This document shows, piece after piece, positions 1 through 9,061 of a stretch of DNA of 64,000 nucleotides (position 1 is the stretch's first letter; each line of letters starts with the position of its first letter). The position numbers and the translations under genes were made by a program. The notes below the pieces were generated by a model that searched no databases, was not told where the DNA came from, and was given only the letters and a program-made list of their open reading frames with translations. This DNA is from Candidatus Scalinduaceae bacterium (GTDB lineage Bacteria; Planctomycetota; Brocadiia; Brocadiales; Scalinduaceae). Where the stretch lies: the NCBI GenBank assembly GCA_046759445.1, contig JBHICG010000003.1:1-64000 (forward strand). The letters are read 5' to 3'.

Positions 1-144
1 AAGGGTCTTAAGGGCTTGCCAATTATAAATAATATTACAATGCCTGAAAAGGAGAGCAAAGAGCCTGACTGGAAATATGTCAGAAACACAAATTTCAGGA
101 AGGTGATTGAAACGGTTACATCTTTTATCCCTGTTAGGATATAA
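1..144 (+). CDS. 3' end of a truncated ORF, possibly a decayed DDE transposase fragment
   Basis: Frame 1 is open from the window edge to TAA at 142-144 (...EPDWKYVRNTNFRKVIETVTSFIPVRI). RKxIET resembles the C-terminal motif of IS982/IS5-like transposases; weak. Confidence 0.3.
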   Translation, partial: KGLKGLPIINNITMPEKESKEPDWKYVRNTNFRKVIETVTSFIPVRI

Positions 145-179
145 GGGTAAAAAAACAACTGTTTCTTTTGAGAGAGCAA

Positions 180-788
180 TTATATACTTCTAGTTGGTAG
201 AACTTCCTGTTTTTTTTTCGTCCATTTATAAATCTTTTCTAATAGTGTAATTTCTTGAAATGGCTTAATTAAGTAATCATCGGCTCCGGATTCAATTGCC
301 TTGATTACGTCTTTTTTAGTGTTTTTTGCTGTGCAAAAGATTACGGGGATATTCAATTTCATATTTTTTTTTACCTCACGACACAGAGTGTAACCGCATA
401 TACCAGGCAGGGTAATATCTAACAATATTGAGTCAATTCGTTTGATACCACTTCCAGTTTTAGCCATCTTACGTAGCATACTTAATGCTTCTATACCATT
501 CCCAACTTCAAGAACATTATAATTATCATTAAGATATTCTGTAATAATTGAGCGGGCGTCGATATCGTCCTCAACAAGGAGTATGTTTGGTAAGAATTTT
601 TCACGGAGATATTGTAGTTTTATTCTCAATGAATCATTAGTAGCTTTAAGGGATGCCATCTCACCCCTTAAAACCTTTACCAAAGCTGTATCATAGTCTC
701 CATTAACAATGTTTGCGTCTGCTTCCTTTATGATCTCGGCTTCACAAACATTTTGATTTTTGTTTTCCATTTTGTTTTTGTGTGACAA
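180..788 (-). CDS. Response regulator receiver protein with N-terminal coiled coil
   Basis: ILLVEDD...ILLDITLP...CTAK...GADDYLIKPF receiver motifs; no output domain. Confidence 0.85.
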   Translation of the reverse strand: MSHKNKMENKNQNVCEAEIIKEADANIVNGDYDTALVKVLRGEMASLKATNDSLRIKLQYLREKFLPNILLVEDDIDARSIITEYLNDNYNVLEVGNGIEALSMLRKMAKTGSGIKRIDSILLDITLPGICGYTLCREVKKNMKLNIPVIFCTAKNTKKDVIKAIESGADDYLIKPFQEITLLEKIYKWTKKKQEVLPTRSI

Positions 789-880
789 ATAATGGGAATA
801 ATTACTCAGTTGATTGTTAATTGCTTTATCTTTAATTCATTAATGTTTTCAGGTATAAAAAAGATGTGTTTATTTTAATA

Positions 881-896
881 CACAACTGTCATACCA
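881..896 (-). promoter_or_regulatory. sigma54-like promoter with variant -12 (TTGT)
   Basis: Minus strand TGGTATGACAGTTGTG; near-identical context duplicated at 57696-57711. Confidence 0.5.
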
Positions 897-1146
897 AAAT
901 AATAGTTTTGCAAAAAAAAAGCTGTAACATCCTGTGGTTATTATGCTTGTGGCAATTGTTAAAGGGGGAGGTTATAAGAAGGAAGACATTTTTTTTATTT
1001 AAAAATGTTTACTAAAGACATTAAATATTTATGTAAGTGTTTATATTGTATATACTTAAACATATTTCGCCTCTCTAAGCACTGTTCAACAATAATTGAC
1101 AGTAAACAGTCATGACTCTCAATCAACTATCAGATTTCTTAAATAC

Positions 1147-1296
1147 ACCTAAATTAAGCGATTTTGTAGCCGCAACCTTGAGGTTGCGTAACTTACGTGG
1201 ATCCATCAAATGATGAGAAACGCAGGCGGTCAATCTTAAGATTGCCTTAAGCCAGCGGCTACAATATCATATAATATAAAATCGCTCAATTTAGGT
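1147..1296. repeat. Nested palindromic element (GTAG-type REP/REPIN inside a 19-bp inverted repeat)
   Basis: Outer IR 1147-1165 / 1278-1296 (18/19); inner TGTAGCCGC...GCGGCTACA with hairpin CGCAACC-TTGA-GGTTGCG. Confidence 0.75.
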
Positions 1297-1322
1297 TAAA
1301 CTTGCAACAATATTTCTGCCAG

Positions 1323-2429
1323 CTAGTTATTTAAGCAGGCAAGGATACTTTCAGGGATTTTTTGTAACGGGACAACCTTATCTGCTGCACCTAATTTAAT
1401 GGCTTCTTTTGGCATGCCAAAAACTACACAAGTATCTTCATCCTGGGCTATAGTTTTTGCGCCTGATTCTTTCAACCTTAAAAGCCCGTTTGCGCCATCA
1501 CTACCCATACCCGTCATGATGACGCCAATTGCATTTGGTCCTAAGTATTTTGCTGCTGAATCAAAAAGGACGTCTACAGATGGTCTTTGATGATGTATGG
1601 GCGCATCCTGATTTGTTTCGATATGGTACATTGCACCGCTTCTCCGTAGGCTCAGATGATAATTTCCTGGTGCTATTATTGCCTGTCCTGGTGTCAGGCT
1701 GTCACCACTCTTTCCTTCCTTTACGTTGATAGAGCATAGAGAATCCAACCTTGTAGCAAATGCCCTCGTGAATAATTCCGGCATATGCTGAACAATTACA
1801 ATGGCAGGGGAGTCTAGTGGCATCTGGATTAATACCTCTTTTAAGGCTTCTGTACCTCCCGTTGAAGCCCCGATTACGATTACCTTGTGTGTACCCTTAA
1901 ACAGGATATGATTGTGTTCAACAACTTGACTTGTCCTGTTTTGGTGAGGTGGGCCTGATTTAGAATGGATGCTTTGTAGTGAATTTTTGTAGATATTGTT
2001 TTTTTTGTTATTATTTTTTCCCACCTTTGCCCTAGCCGCAATTTTAATTTTGGTATATAAGTCATCAATCACGTCCTTTACGTCGCTGGAAAGTCTACTG
2101 GTTGGTTTTGTGACATAGTCTATGGCTCCTATTTCTAAGGCCTTTAGTGTCGCATCACAACCTTCTTGTGTTAGTGAACTTACCATAACTGTTGGTATTG
2201 GATGATAGGTCATTATCTTTTTCAAGAACGTAAGACCATCCATCCTTGGCATTTCTACATCAAGAGTAAGGACATCTGGTTTAAGACTCAAGATTTTGTC
2301 TCTGGCAATAAAGGGATCTGGCGCCGCACCAACAACCTCAATATCTTTGTGTTTATTCAAGGCAGAGGATAATATCTTTCTAACAACGGCTGAATCATCT
2401 ATTACCAATACCTTTATCTTGTTTCCCAT
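1323..2429 (-). CDS. cheB: Chemotaxis methylesterase/response regulator CheB
   Basis: N-terminal REC; GASTGG, VQHMP and MTGMGSDG catalytic motifs. Confidence 0.97.
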   Translation of the reverse strand: MGNKIKVLVIDDSAVVRKILSSALNKHKDIEVVGAAPDPFIARDKILSLKPDVLTLDVEMPRMDGLTFLKKIMTYHPIPTVMVSSLTQEGCDATLKALEIGAIDYVTKPTSRLSSDVKDVIDDLYTKIKIAARAKVGKNNNKKNNIYKNSLQSIHSKSGPPHQNRTSQVVEHNHILFKGTHKVIVIGASTGGTEALKEVLIQMPLDSPAIVIVQHMPELFTRAFATRLDSLCSINVKEGKSGDSLTPGQAIIAPGNYHLSLRRSGAMYHIETNQDAPIHHQRPSVDVLFDSAAKYLGPNAIGVIMTGMGSDGANGLLRLKESGAKTIAQDEDTCVVFGMPKEAIKLGAADKVVPLQKIPESILACLNN

Positions 2430-2505
2430 TGTTATACCTTATAAAATAACAATTAATTTGAGGTTTCATATTTACGTCTCTTTTTTTAAACTTTTGACAT
2501 TACTT

Positions 2506-4059
2506 TCATTGTTCAACAGTTTGTAACTCGGTCTCGGCCAGTTGTTCTTCTGTTTTTACCAGGTTTCTTCCACTTTGCTTTGCCAGATACAATGATTTAT
2601 CGGCCCTGTTTAATAATGTTTCTGGTGTATCTGATTCCTTGCAAAATGCAACCCCAATGCTTATGGAGATGGGAATTGTTTCATCCTCAATTTTAAAGTT
2701 TAGGCTTTCAATGTTTGTACGAACTCTTTCACACAAGTTTATTACAGATCTTCTATTAATGTTATCTACTATTACGATAAATTCTTCACCACCATATCTT
2801 GCCACGAAATCATTTAATCGAAAGGCTTCCTTAATTGAATTTGCGACTTTCTTCAGGGCCTCATCACCCACTGTGTGACTATAGTCATCATTAAGCTTCT
2901 TAAAATAATCTATATCACCCATGATCAGGGCAAAGGAATTTTTTTGCATTGAGTTGTTTTCGAAGGCCTCTTTTAGCTTTCTATCAAATGCCTTCCTGTT
3001 GTATAGTTGAGTAAGTCCGTCTATGAGAGTTTCTTCTTTTGCTGAAACCAGTTCATTATCAAGTGTTCTTACCTTGCATGACAACATATTAATTACTTTA
3101 ATATCCCTGTCTTGTTTGCGTTTGATGGTTTCTCGTACTATCCCGATTTCATCTGTCATCCTTTTCCTAATTTCTTTAATTTCATCCAGCTCAATAGTTT
3201 TTTCGATAATTGAGATGCTGTTGTTGATCTGGCCGGTAAAATTTGTGTTGTCATTTGTGATAGATTCGAAATCCTTTCCTAATTCGTTTATGAGGGATTT
3301 TAATTCATCGAATTTAACTTTAATTAAATCTCGTGCCCTTTCTAAGTGTGGGGGTATGGCTCTGTTAATCTCGCCTTTAATATTCGTAAACGCTTCCAAT
3401 GTTGAGGATGCCTTAATCTCTTGTGTATGATTAGTTATAAAAGTATCTAGATCTTTATTTTTTGGGACAATACGGTTATCTGAATATTTATTTATTATCT
3501 GGAGTATTTCACAGATGATGTCTTTTGCTTTATTGATTACCTGAACACTATTTGTTGTTGTATTGCTCATAATTTTTTTTGCATTGATAGGTTCAGATAT
3601 TACTTCCTGTTCAACTTCTTCGTCTGCAATAACAGATCGACTCTTACGGGCAATCAAATAAAAGAACAAAAATCCAGATACGATAATAAGGCTGTTAAGA
3701 ACTAGAAAATTGGCAGACCGATTATTCCATATTTGAGTCTTTTGTTTTGTCTCCGAGTTTAGGTTGTAAGAAGTTGCAAGCATCTCTTGAACTTCAGGTT
3801 TAAGAATGTTATATGACAATACTTGCTGTTTTTCGGCTTCCAGTCTGGTGATTATGTTATCACTTTCTACAACAAAATGATTCCGCATTCTCTGTAATGC
3901 ATCTTTATCTTTATTAATCCAGATTGTGCCATCTGGGGTTTTATATACAAAAAAGTTTTTTGTATCATGAGTCTGCTCATCTATAGATGAACCGTAATGC
4001 ATGTACAGAAAGTTACTCATTAACGTAAAAATGCATATTATCGGGATTATGAATTTCAT
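2506..4059 (-). CDS. Membrane-anchored diguanylate cyclase
   Basis: Two N-terminal hydrophobic segments, coiled coil, DGLT...RLND-FVARY-GGEEF (RxxD I-site). ATG at 4059 follows a GAGG RBS; an in-frame GTG lies at 4074. Confidence 0.92.
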   Translation of the reverse strand: MKFIIPIICIFTLMSNFLYMHYGSSIDEQTHDTKNFFVYKTPDGTIWINKDKDALQRMRNHFVVESDNIITRLEAEKQQVLSYNILKPEVQEMLATSYNLNSETKQKTQIWNNRSANFLVLNSLIIVSGFLFFYLIARKSRSVIADEEVEQEVISEPINAKKIMSNTTTNSVQVINKAKDIICEILQIINKYSDNRIVPKNKDLDTFITNHTQEIKASSTLEAFTNIKGEINRAIPPHLERARDLIKVKFDELKSLINELGKDFESITNDNTNFTGQINNSISIIEKTIELDEIKEIRKRMTDEIGIVRETIKRKQDRDIKVINMLSCKVRTLDNELVSAKEETLIDGLTQLYNRKAFDRKLKEAFENNSMQKNSFALIMGDIDYFKKLNDDYSHTVGDEALKKVANSIKEAFRLNDFVARYGGEEFIVIVDNINRRSVINLCERVRTNIESLNFKIEDETIPISISIGVAFCKESDTPETLLNRADKSLYLAKQSGRNLVKTEEQLAETELQTVEQ

Positions 4060-4078
4060 ATTTGTAATCCTCACTAAA

Positions 4079-4180
4079 TTTTAGATTTCGGACTTCGGAT
4101 TGCAGATTGCAAAATAAAAGAAATGAATCCGAAAATCACATTTGGTACATTCCGAAATCCGCAATCTAAAATCCGAAATT
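4079..4180 (+). mobile_element. Empty (gene-less) copy of the heptamer-bounded four-helix-bundle cassette
   Basis: 4085-4134 matches revcomp 5468-5517 at 43/50; 4148-4177 matches revcomp 5035-5064 at 27/30. Confidence 0.7.
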
Positions 4181-4188
4181 GAATGTCA

Positions 4189-5022
4189 TTATTTCTGATA
4201 AACTGCCGGTTGTATATATTTGAATCCATGCGTTTTGTTTGTCAATGTTTCTGAATGACCAATAAAAAAATAACCATCTTTCGGTAAGCAATCATAGAAT
4301 TTTGAAATAAGCCCATGTTGCGTATCGGAATCAAAATATATCATTACGTTTCTGCAGAAGATAAAATCAAAGAGGTTGTTAAATGGGAAATTTTTAGTCA
4401 TAAGATTAAATCTTCTAAAGATGATGGTTTTTTTTAAATGATCTTTTACTATGAAATAATATGAATTATCTATAACTGCGCGAGAAAAGTGTGCATTAAC
4501 AATTGCAGGAGGAATGTCTTTTAACGAATCCCTTTTGTAGGTACCTTTGATGGCTTTTTGCAAGACTTTTGTCGAGATATCTGTTGCTAAGATCTTTACA
4601 TCCCATGAATTGTTTGGATTGATATGGTTGTATATGCTTATAGCCAGGGAGTAAGGTTCTTCTCCGGTTGAACTTGCCGCACACCAGATGCGAATTTTCT
4701 TGCTTTTTTCTTTTTCTTTTTTTGAAATCAGGTCAGGTAAAACTTTATTATTTAGAAAGTCAAAGTGCTTCTTTTCTCTAAAGAACTCTGTTTTATTTGT
4801 TGAAATACAATCAAGGAGATTGATTAATTCATCACCGTTTTTGTCTTCATTTGTGATGAATTTGTAATAGTTTTTAAAAGAATTGATTCCAGTTTTGGTA
4901 AGACGCTTTGATAATCTTGCCTTGACTAGCTCCTTTTTTGACGATGTAAGATTTATACCGCTGGTCTTATAAATAAGCTTTCTGAACAGTTCAAATTCTT
5001 TGTTTGAGAGGATATATTGCAT
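4189..5022 (-). CDS. cheR: Chemotaxis methyltransferase CheR
   Basis: TNKTEFFRE, IWCAASSTGEEPYS, ATDIS, IFCRNVMIYF, GHSE. Confidence 0.97.
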   Translation of the reverse strand: MQYILSNKEFELFRKLIYKTSGINLTSSKKELVKARLSKRLTKTGINSFKNYYKFITNEDKNGDELINLLDCISTNKTEFFREKKHFDFLNNKVLPDLISKKEKEKSKKIRIWCAASSTGEEPYSLAISIYNHINPNNSWDVKILATDISTKVLQKAIKGTYKRDSLKDIPPAIVNAHFSRAVIDNSYYFIVKDHLKKTIIFRRFNLMTKNFPFNNLFDFIFCRNVMIYFDSDTQHGLISKFYDCLPKDGYFFIGHSETLTNKTHGFKYIQPAVYQK

Positions 5023-5034
5023 GACAAGGCTCCA

Positions 5035-5517
5035 TTCGGATATTAGATTTCGGATTGCGGAATGCGGATTTTTTTATTTAGACTTTCTTGCAGTTTTGAT
5101 AGATGCAACAGTAATGGCCAAAAGTTCATCACCCTCTTTCATCAAGGATTCTAATTTTTTCGATTCCATAATTCCCGCTTCAATCAGCAGTTCCATCCAG
5201 TAGAGGGATTCATCCGTTTCTTCTTCCACAATTCCCATCTTGTAAACAAAATCAGCGGACGATTTAGCTCGGCATGCAGCCCGATAATTTGCTCCTACTG
5301 AAGTGCCTGATCGTAACAATTGGTTGCCAATCACATCAGCTATTCGCCCTTTAGGCGGCGATTCAACCAGGCGAATAACACGAAGCGCAAACTGCCTTGT
5401 CCTCTGTTTCATTTCATCCTTATTCATTCTTTATCTCATTTCAAAATGCGAGATTCGGATTGACTGATTTCAGATTCATTTCTTTTATTCCACAATCCGC
5501 ATTCCGAAATCCGAAAT
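5035..5517. repeat. Heptamer (ATTTCGG/ATTGCGG) ladders forming inverted repeats around the four-helix-bundle gene
   Basis: 5047-5070 ATTTCGGATTGCGGAATGCGGATT pairs with 5494-5517 AATCCGCATTCCGAAATCCGAAAT at 23/24. Confidence 0.85.
5074..5427 (-). CDS. Four-helix-bundle protein (23S rRNA IVP / TIGR02436-like)
   Basis: RTRQFALRVI...QLLRSGTSVGANYRAA...FVYKMGIVEEETDESLYWMELL signature. Confidence 0.92.
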   Translation of the reverse strand: MNKDEMKQRTRQFALRVIRLVESPPKGRIADVIGNQLLRSGTSVGANYRAACRAKSSADFVYKMGIVEEETDESLYWMELLIEAGIMESKKLESLMKEGDELLAITVASIKTARKSK

Positions 5518-5519
5518 TG

Positions 5520-5882
5520 TTAACTTCCTATGACTTCATTTAACGTTGAGATTACTCTTTCATGTTCAAAAGGCTTTACGATGTATGAAGATGCCCCTGC
5601 CTTGATTGCTTGCATTAACATTTTTTTTTGGTCTATACCAGAAACGATTACGACCTTTGCGTTTGTATCAAATGCCGTAATATCCTTTGTTGCTTGAATA
5701 CCATCAGCTTCTGGCATTACCATGTCCATTGTAACCACATCAGGCCTTAATTCTTTGTATTTTTCGAAGGCCTCTCTCCCATTTGCGGCTTCTCCTACTA
5801 CTGTAAAATCACCTTGATTAAGAATCTTCTTCATCATTAGCCTCACAACGCTTGCGTCATCTACTATTAATACTCTTTTCAT
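5520..5882 (-). CDS. cheY: Chemotaxis response regulator CheY
   Basis: Stand-alone receiver (VLIVDD, TMDMVMP, IVKPF) next to cheC; GGAG RBS before the ATG at 5882. Confidence 0.88.
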   Translation of the reverse strand: MKRVLIVDDASVVRLMMKKILNQGDFTVVGEAANGREAFEKYKELRPDVVTMDMVMPEADGIQATKDITAFDTNAKVVIVSGIDQKKMLMQAIKAGASSYIVKPFEHERVISTLNEVIGS

Positions 5883-5947
5883 AAGCAACTCCTTTGATTT
5901 TGTATCGTGAGATAAAAAAAATTAGTCCGTAATTACTAAATCAATGC

Positions 5948-6562
5948 TCAGTTTCCAATTGCTGATTTTTCCAGTTTATTTAGCGAATCTTCCAGGGTGT
6001 TAATGTCAGGGAGTAAAAAGAAATAGCAATCTATTTCAGTTTTATGTAATTTAAATATTGTTTCGATTAACAAAATCTTGTCTTGATATATAGCGTCTTC
6101 AAGAACGAGTAAAGAAAAGATTGTACCGGCAAAGTCGCACACAACTTGTGGTGGTGTTGGCAAAAGCGTTGTGCCAAAGTCGGCTGCGAATGAATTGCCG
6201 ATAGAACTTGCCAGGATGTTTCCAAGCTCTTGTACGGTTCCTTCCGTATATTCATCGAATTCCTTTGAAGTGCCTTGTGGTGAACCGATGTATAAATCCT
6301 GTAATACCATTGCGCCATCAAGGGGAATCATGAACAATAGTTTTCCCTGGAACCCACCCTTTAGCTTCAACATAGCTCCTACCATTTCACGGGAATCATT
6401 ATTCATTTCTTCAGTTATTTCACTAATATCAACCAGTTTTGTGCTTATTAGTTGTATTAATGCGCCCTTTTTTATGGTCTTTGAGAATGAGCGGGAGGCA
6501 TTGTCAATGCCAATTTTTACTAAGATATTCAGTATTTTCATATGTTCTTCTGATATCTGCAT
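5948..6562 (-). CDS. cheC: CheY-P phosphatase CheC
   Basis: QELGNIL (E-x2-N) motif, PTPPQV, adjacent to cheD; the first active site looks degenerate. Confidence 0.85.
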   Translation of the reverse strand: MQISEEHMKILNILVKIGIDNASRSFSKTIKKGALIQLISTKLVDISEITEEMNNDSREMVGAMLKLKGGFQGKLLFMIPLDGAMVLQDLYIGSPQGTSKEFDEYTEGTVQELGNILASSIGNSFAADFGTTLLPTPPQVVCDFAGTIFSLLVLEDAIYQDKILLIETIFKLHKTEIDCYFFLLPDINTLEDSLNKLEKSAIGN

Positions 6563-6590
6563 ATTTTTTTCAACTCCTTTATTTAATATT

Positions 6591-6621
6591 GTTTCGTGCT
6601 TCGGTTTTCGTATTTCGAATT
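6591..6621. repeat. Short heptamer ladder (TTTCG core)
   Basis: GTTTCGT GCTTCGG TTTTCGT ATTTCGA ATT between cheD and cheC. Confidence 0.55.
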
Positions 6622-6645
6622 TAAATGTAGCATCTACTCTCTGGT

Positions 6646-7140
6646 TTAATATTTTTTGACGGGTTCTCCAAATATCCGACTATGGACGATGCCAGTTTCT
6701 GTGTCCAGTGATATTTGATGACCTTTTGTACCTCCGATCCTGCTGGCTGTAATCCTTATGCCCATCGCGTCCAGAATTCTTTTTGTCTCTATAGCATTTG
6801 CTCTTCCAATGTCAAATAATTCACTATTTATGTTGAACATCTTTGCTCCACCGAAAATCTTGGCGGTTAAGACATTTTTGTTTGAATTAGCTTTGTTTAC
6901 CATTAAGTCTATGAGTAAAGGAATTCCGGTGTCAGCATATTTGCTTGGTTTACCATCTCTGTTATTACATTTGGGGAGCATTAAATGCAGTAATCCTCCA
7001 ATTTTCTTTATGTTATCGTACAGGACAACTCCTATACATGAACCGAGACTTGTTTTTATTATTTTAGGTGAATGGTAGATTTTTACATCTCCAACGCCCA
7101 CTGTAATTACATTTCCATTGTTATTAAGAGCTGTCTTCAT
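6646..7140 (-). CDS. cheD: Chemoreceptor glutamine deamidase CheD
   Basis: TSLGSCIGV, HLMLP, KYAD, AKIFGGA. Confidence 0.96.
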   Translation of the reverse strand: MKTALNNNGNVITVGVGDVKIYHSPKIIKTSLGSCIGVVLYDNIKKIGGLLHLMLPKCNNRDGKPSKYADTGIPLLIDLMVNKANSNKNVLTAKIFGGAKMFNINSELFDIGRANAIETKRILDAMGIRITASRIGGTKGHQISLDTETGIVHSRIFGEPVKKY

Positions 7141-7160
7141 CTTTAATGATTATTAAATTC

Positions 7161-7306
7161 AAGGTTTAAGGGAACTAGTTCCCTTAAACCTTCTGGATTT
7201 TGGATTTCGAATTATTATTGGCAACCTTCATACTTTGTATGACCTTTGCGTAAACTGTTACTTCCTGTCGTTCTAATCCACAATCAGCAATCTGAATTCC
7301 GCAATC
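7161..7306. repeat. Perfect 32-bp palindrome plus inverted heptamer ladders
   Basis: AAGGTTTAAGGGAACT|AGTTCCCTTAAACCTT at 7161-7192; GGATTTTGGATTTCGAATT ... AATCCACAATCAGCAATCTGAATTCCGCAATCC. Confidence 0.8.
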
Positions 7307-8968
7307 CTAAAAATCCGTAAACCTTTCATCATGTTCAGAGATTTTTTCTTTACCCATTGGAATTAATGTGTCGGGATCTATTTTGTCTGAGACGTTTTTT
7401 GTACCACCCCCATTGCCATCAGCAGCATTTGGTTTGTCCTCCCGTACAATTTGCTTTGTTGGGCTAGTATGTCCAGATTGTGACTTTTTAGCTGTATGGA
7501 CATCTTTATTACGTATGTGTTCGGAATGCGCAGGCTGGTATGATGTGATATCTCTTGTTGTTTTTTTCCTATTATTATGCAATTCTCCATTGCTGCCAAG
7601 ATGATATGATAGTACCATAACCTGATCCATTAGACTATGTGTCTGAGCTGACAATTCTTCACTCGCTGCCGCCGTTTCTTCTGCACTTGCCGCATTCTGC
7701 TGGGTAACAGTGTCCACTTCGTTTATGGCTATATTCACCTGATCGATTCCATTTGACTGTTCTTGTGATGATGTGGATATCTCATTGATTAATGTGGTTA
7801 CCTTTTTTACATTCGTTACTATGCCACTCAATACTTCCTTACACTTTTCTGAAAGTTTTGTACCTGCATCAGCCTTGCTGACACAATCCTCAATTAATGA
7901 AGTGGTATCCTTTGCTGCATTTGAGCTTCTCTGGGCGAGGTTTCTGACCTCTTCTGCCACAACGGCAAAACCTTTACCATGTTCTCCAGCCCTTGCCGCT
8001 TCTACCGCTGCATTAAGTGCCAATAGATTTGTTTGAAATGCTATACCATCTATTACCTTTATGATGTCTCCAATCTTTTTACTGCTTGCATTAATGGCTC
8101 GCATTGCATCGTTCATCTCTTTTACTGATCTGTTGCCAGAATCTGCAGTAAGATTGCATAGTGAGGCAAGTTGGGATGCCTCCTTTGCATTATCAGTATC
8201 TTGTTTTATCATGGATGCCATCTCTTCCAAAGAAGCTGATGTCTCTTCGATAGAAGATGCCTGCTCTGAAGCTCCCTGAGCAAGATTCTTGCTTGAGGTT
8301 GATATCTGGCTCGATGCAGATGCAGCCTGATCTGTACTATTTGATAGGTTATTAATTATTTCCGTAAGTGACTTCACAAGAGGTCGTACAACTACTACCC
8401 ATGCTAATATAATTGTTACGACCGTTATTATTGCAATGATGGTATTTGACCAGCGTAGTGTTGCAGCTTTTTTCGTAGACTGTTCTTCATACATTCCCAC
8501 TGCCTTGTTCATTTCTTTCAGCAGTTGGATGTTCTTGCTACTTACGTAAGATACTGAATCCAAATATTCTGGTGTTGTGGAATCTTTATTGATTATGACA
8601 TCAATATGAATTCTGAAGCCATTCCACAATTTTTTGATATAATTAAGTTGATCGAGAATCTCCGTGTTTTGGGTCGGTGGAAGTTTAAGTTCTTCATCAC
8701 CTGAGATCAGGCCTTTTAATGTTTTGTCAAATAGGGCGCTCGTCTTTGCTAGAGACTTTTTATGTGCTTCCTTCATCTGTTCTCCATTAGTTATTGTGGA
8801 CAGTGCTTCCTTTGTCATCTTTTGTGTAAGCATTCGCTGTTTTCCCGCAAGATTAATCACCACACTATCATCTCGTTGGCTGTTCATTGTAACAATGACT
8901 TTACCTGCTATACCTAAGGCCAGAAAAACACCAAATATCACTGCGAGTTTAGACTGCATGGTCTTCAT
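7307..8968 (-). CDS. Methyl-accepting chemotaxis protein with PilJ/NarX-like periplasmic sensor
   Basis: Two TMs; [13 protein letters not shown] box; [35 protein letters not shown]-terminal RFTDF pentapeptide. Confidence 0.96.
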   Translation of the reverse strand: MKTMQSKLAVIFGVFLALGIAGKVIVTMNSQRDDSVVINLAGKQRMLTQKMTKEALSTITNGEQMKEAHKKSLAKTSALFDKTLKGLISGDEELKLPPTQNTEILDQLNYIKKLWNGFRIHIDVIINKDSTTPEYLDSVSYVSSKNIQLLKEMNKAVGMYEEQSTKKAATLRWSNTIIAIITVVTIILAWVVVVRPLVKSLTEIINNLSNSTDQAASASSQISTSSKNLAQGASEQASSIEETSASLEEMASMIKQDTDNAKEASQLASLCNLTADSGNRSVKEMNDAMRAINASSKKIGDIIKVIDGIAFQTNLLALNAAVEAARAGEHGKGFAVVAEEVRNLAQRSSNAAKDTTSLIEDCVSKADAGTKLSEKCKEVLSGIVTNVKKVTTLINEISTSSQEQSNGIDQVNIAINEVDTVTQQNAASAEETAAASEELSAQTHSLMDQVMVLSYHLGSNGELHNNRKKTTRDITSYQPAHSEHIRNKDVHTAKKSQSGHTSPTKQIVREDKPNAADGNGGGTKNVSDKIDPDTLIPMGKEKISEHDERFTDF

Positions 8969-9061
8969 AGAATGTCCTCCTTATTTGATAAGTTATCTCT
9001 GATAATTCGATCTTGTAGATTGAATCAAATGTTGTCGTCCCAAGTGCCCAATCAACAATCA

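Noticed and set aside
5074..5427. Diversity-generating retroelement suggested by the Avd-like four-helix proteins
   Set aside because: No reverse transcriptase and no TR/VR pair with adenine-specific mismatches seen in the window
7215..7275. c-di-GMP-I riboswitch (minus strand ACGCAAAG...GGTTGCCAA)
   Set aside because: Lacks the GGCAAA / GAAA-tetraloop stem and receptor helix; would need an Infernal hit
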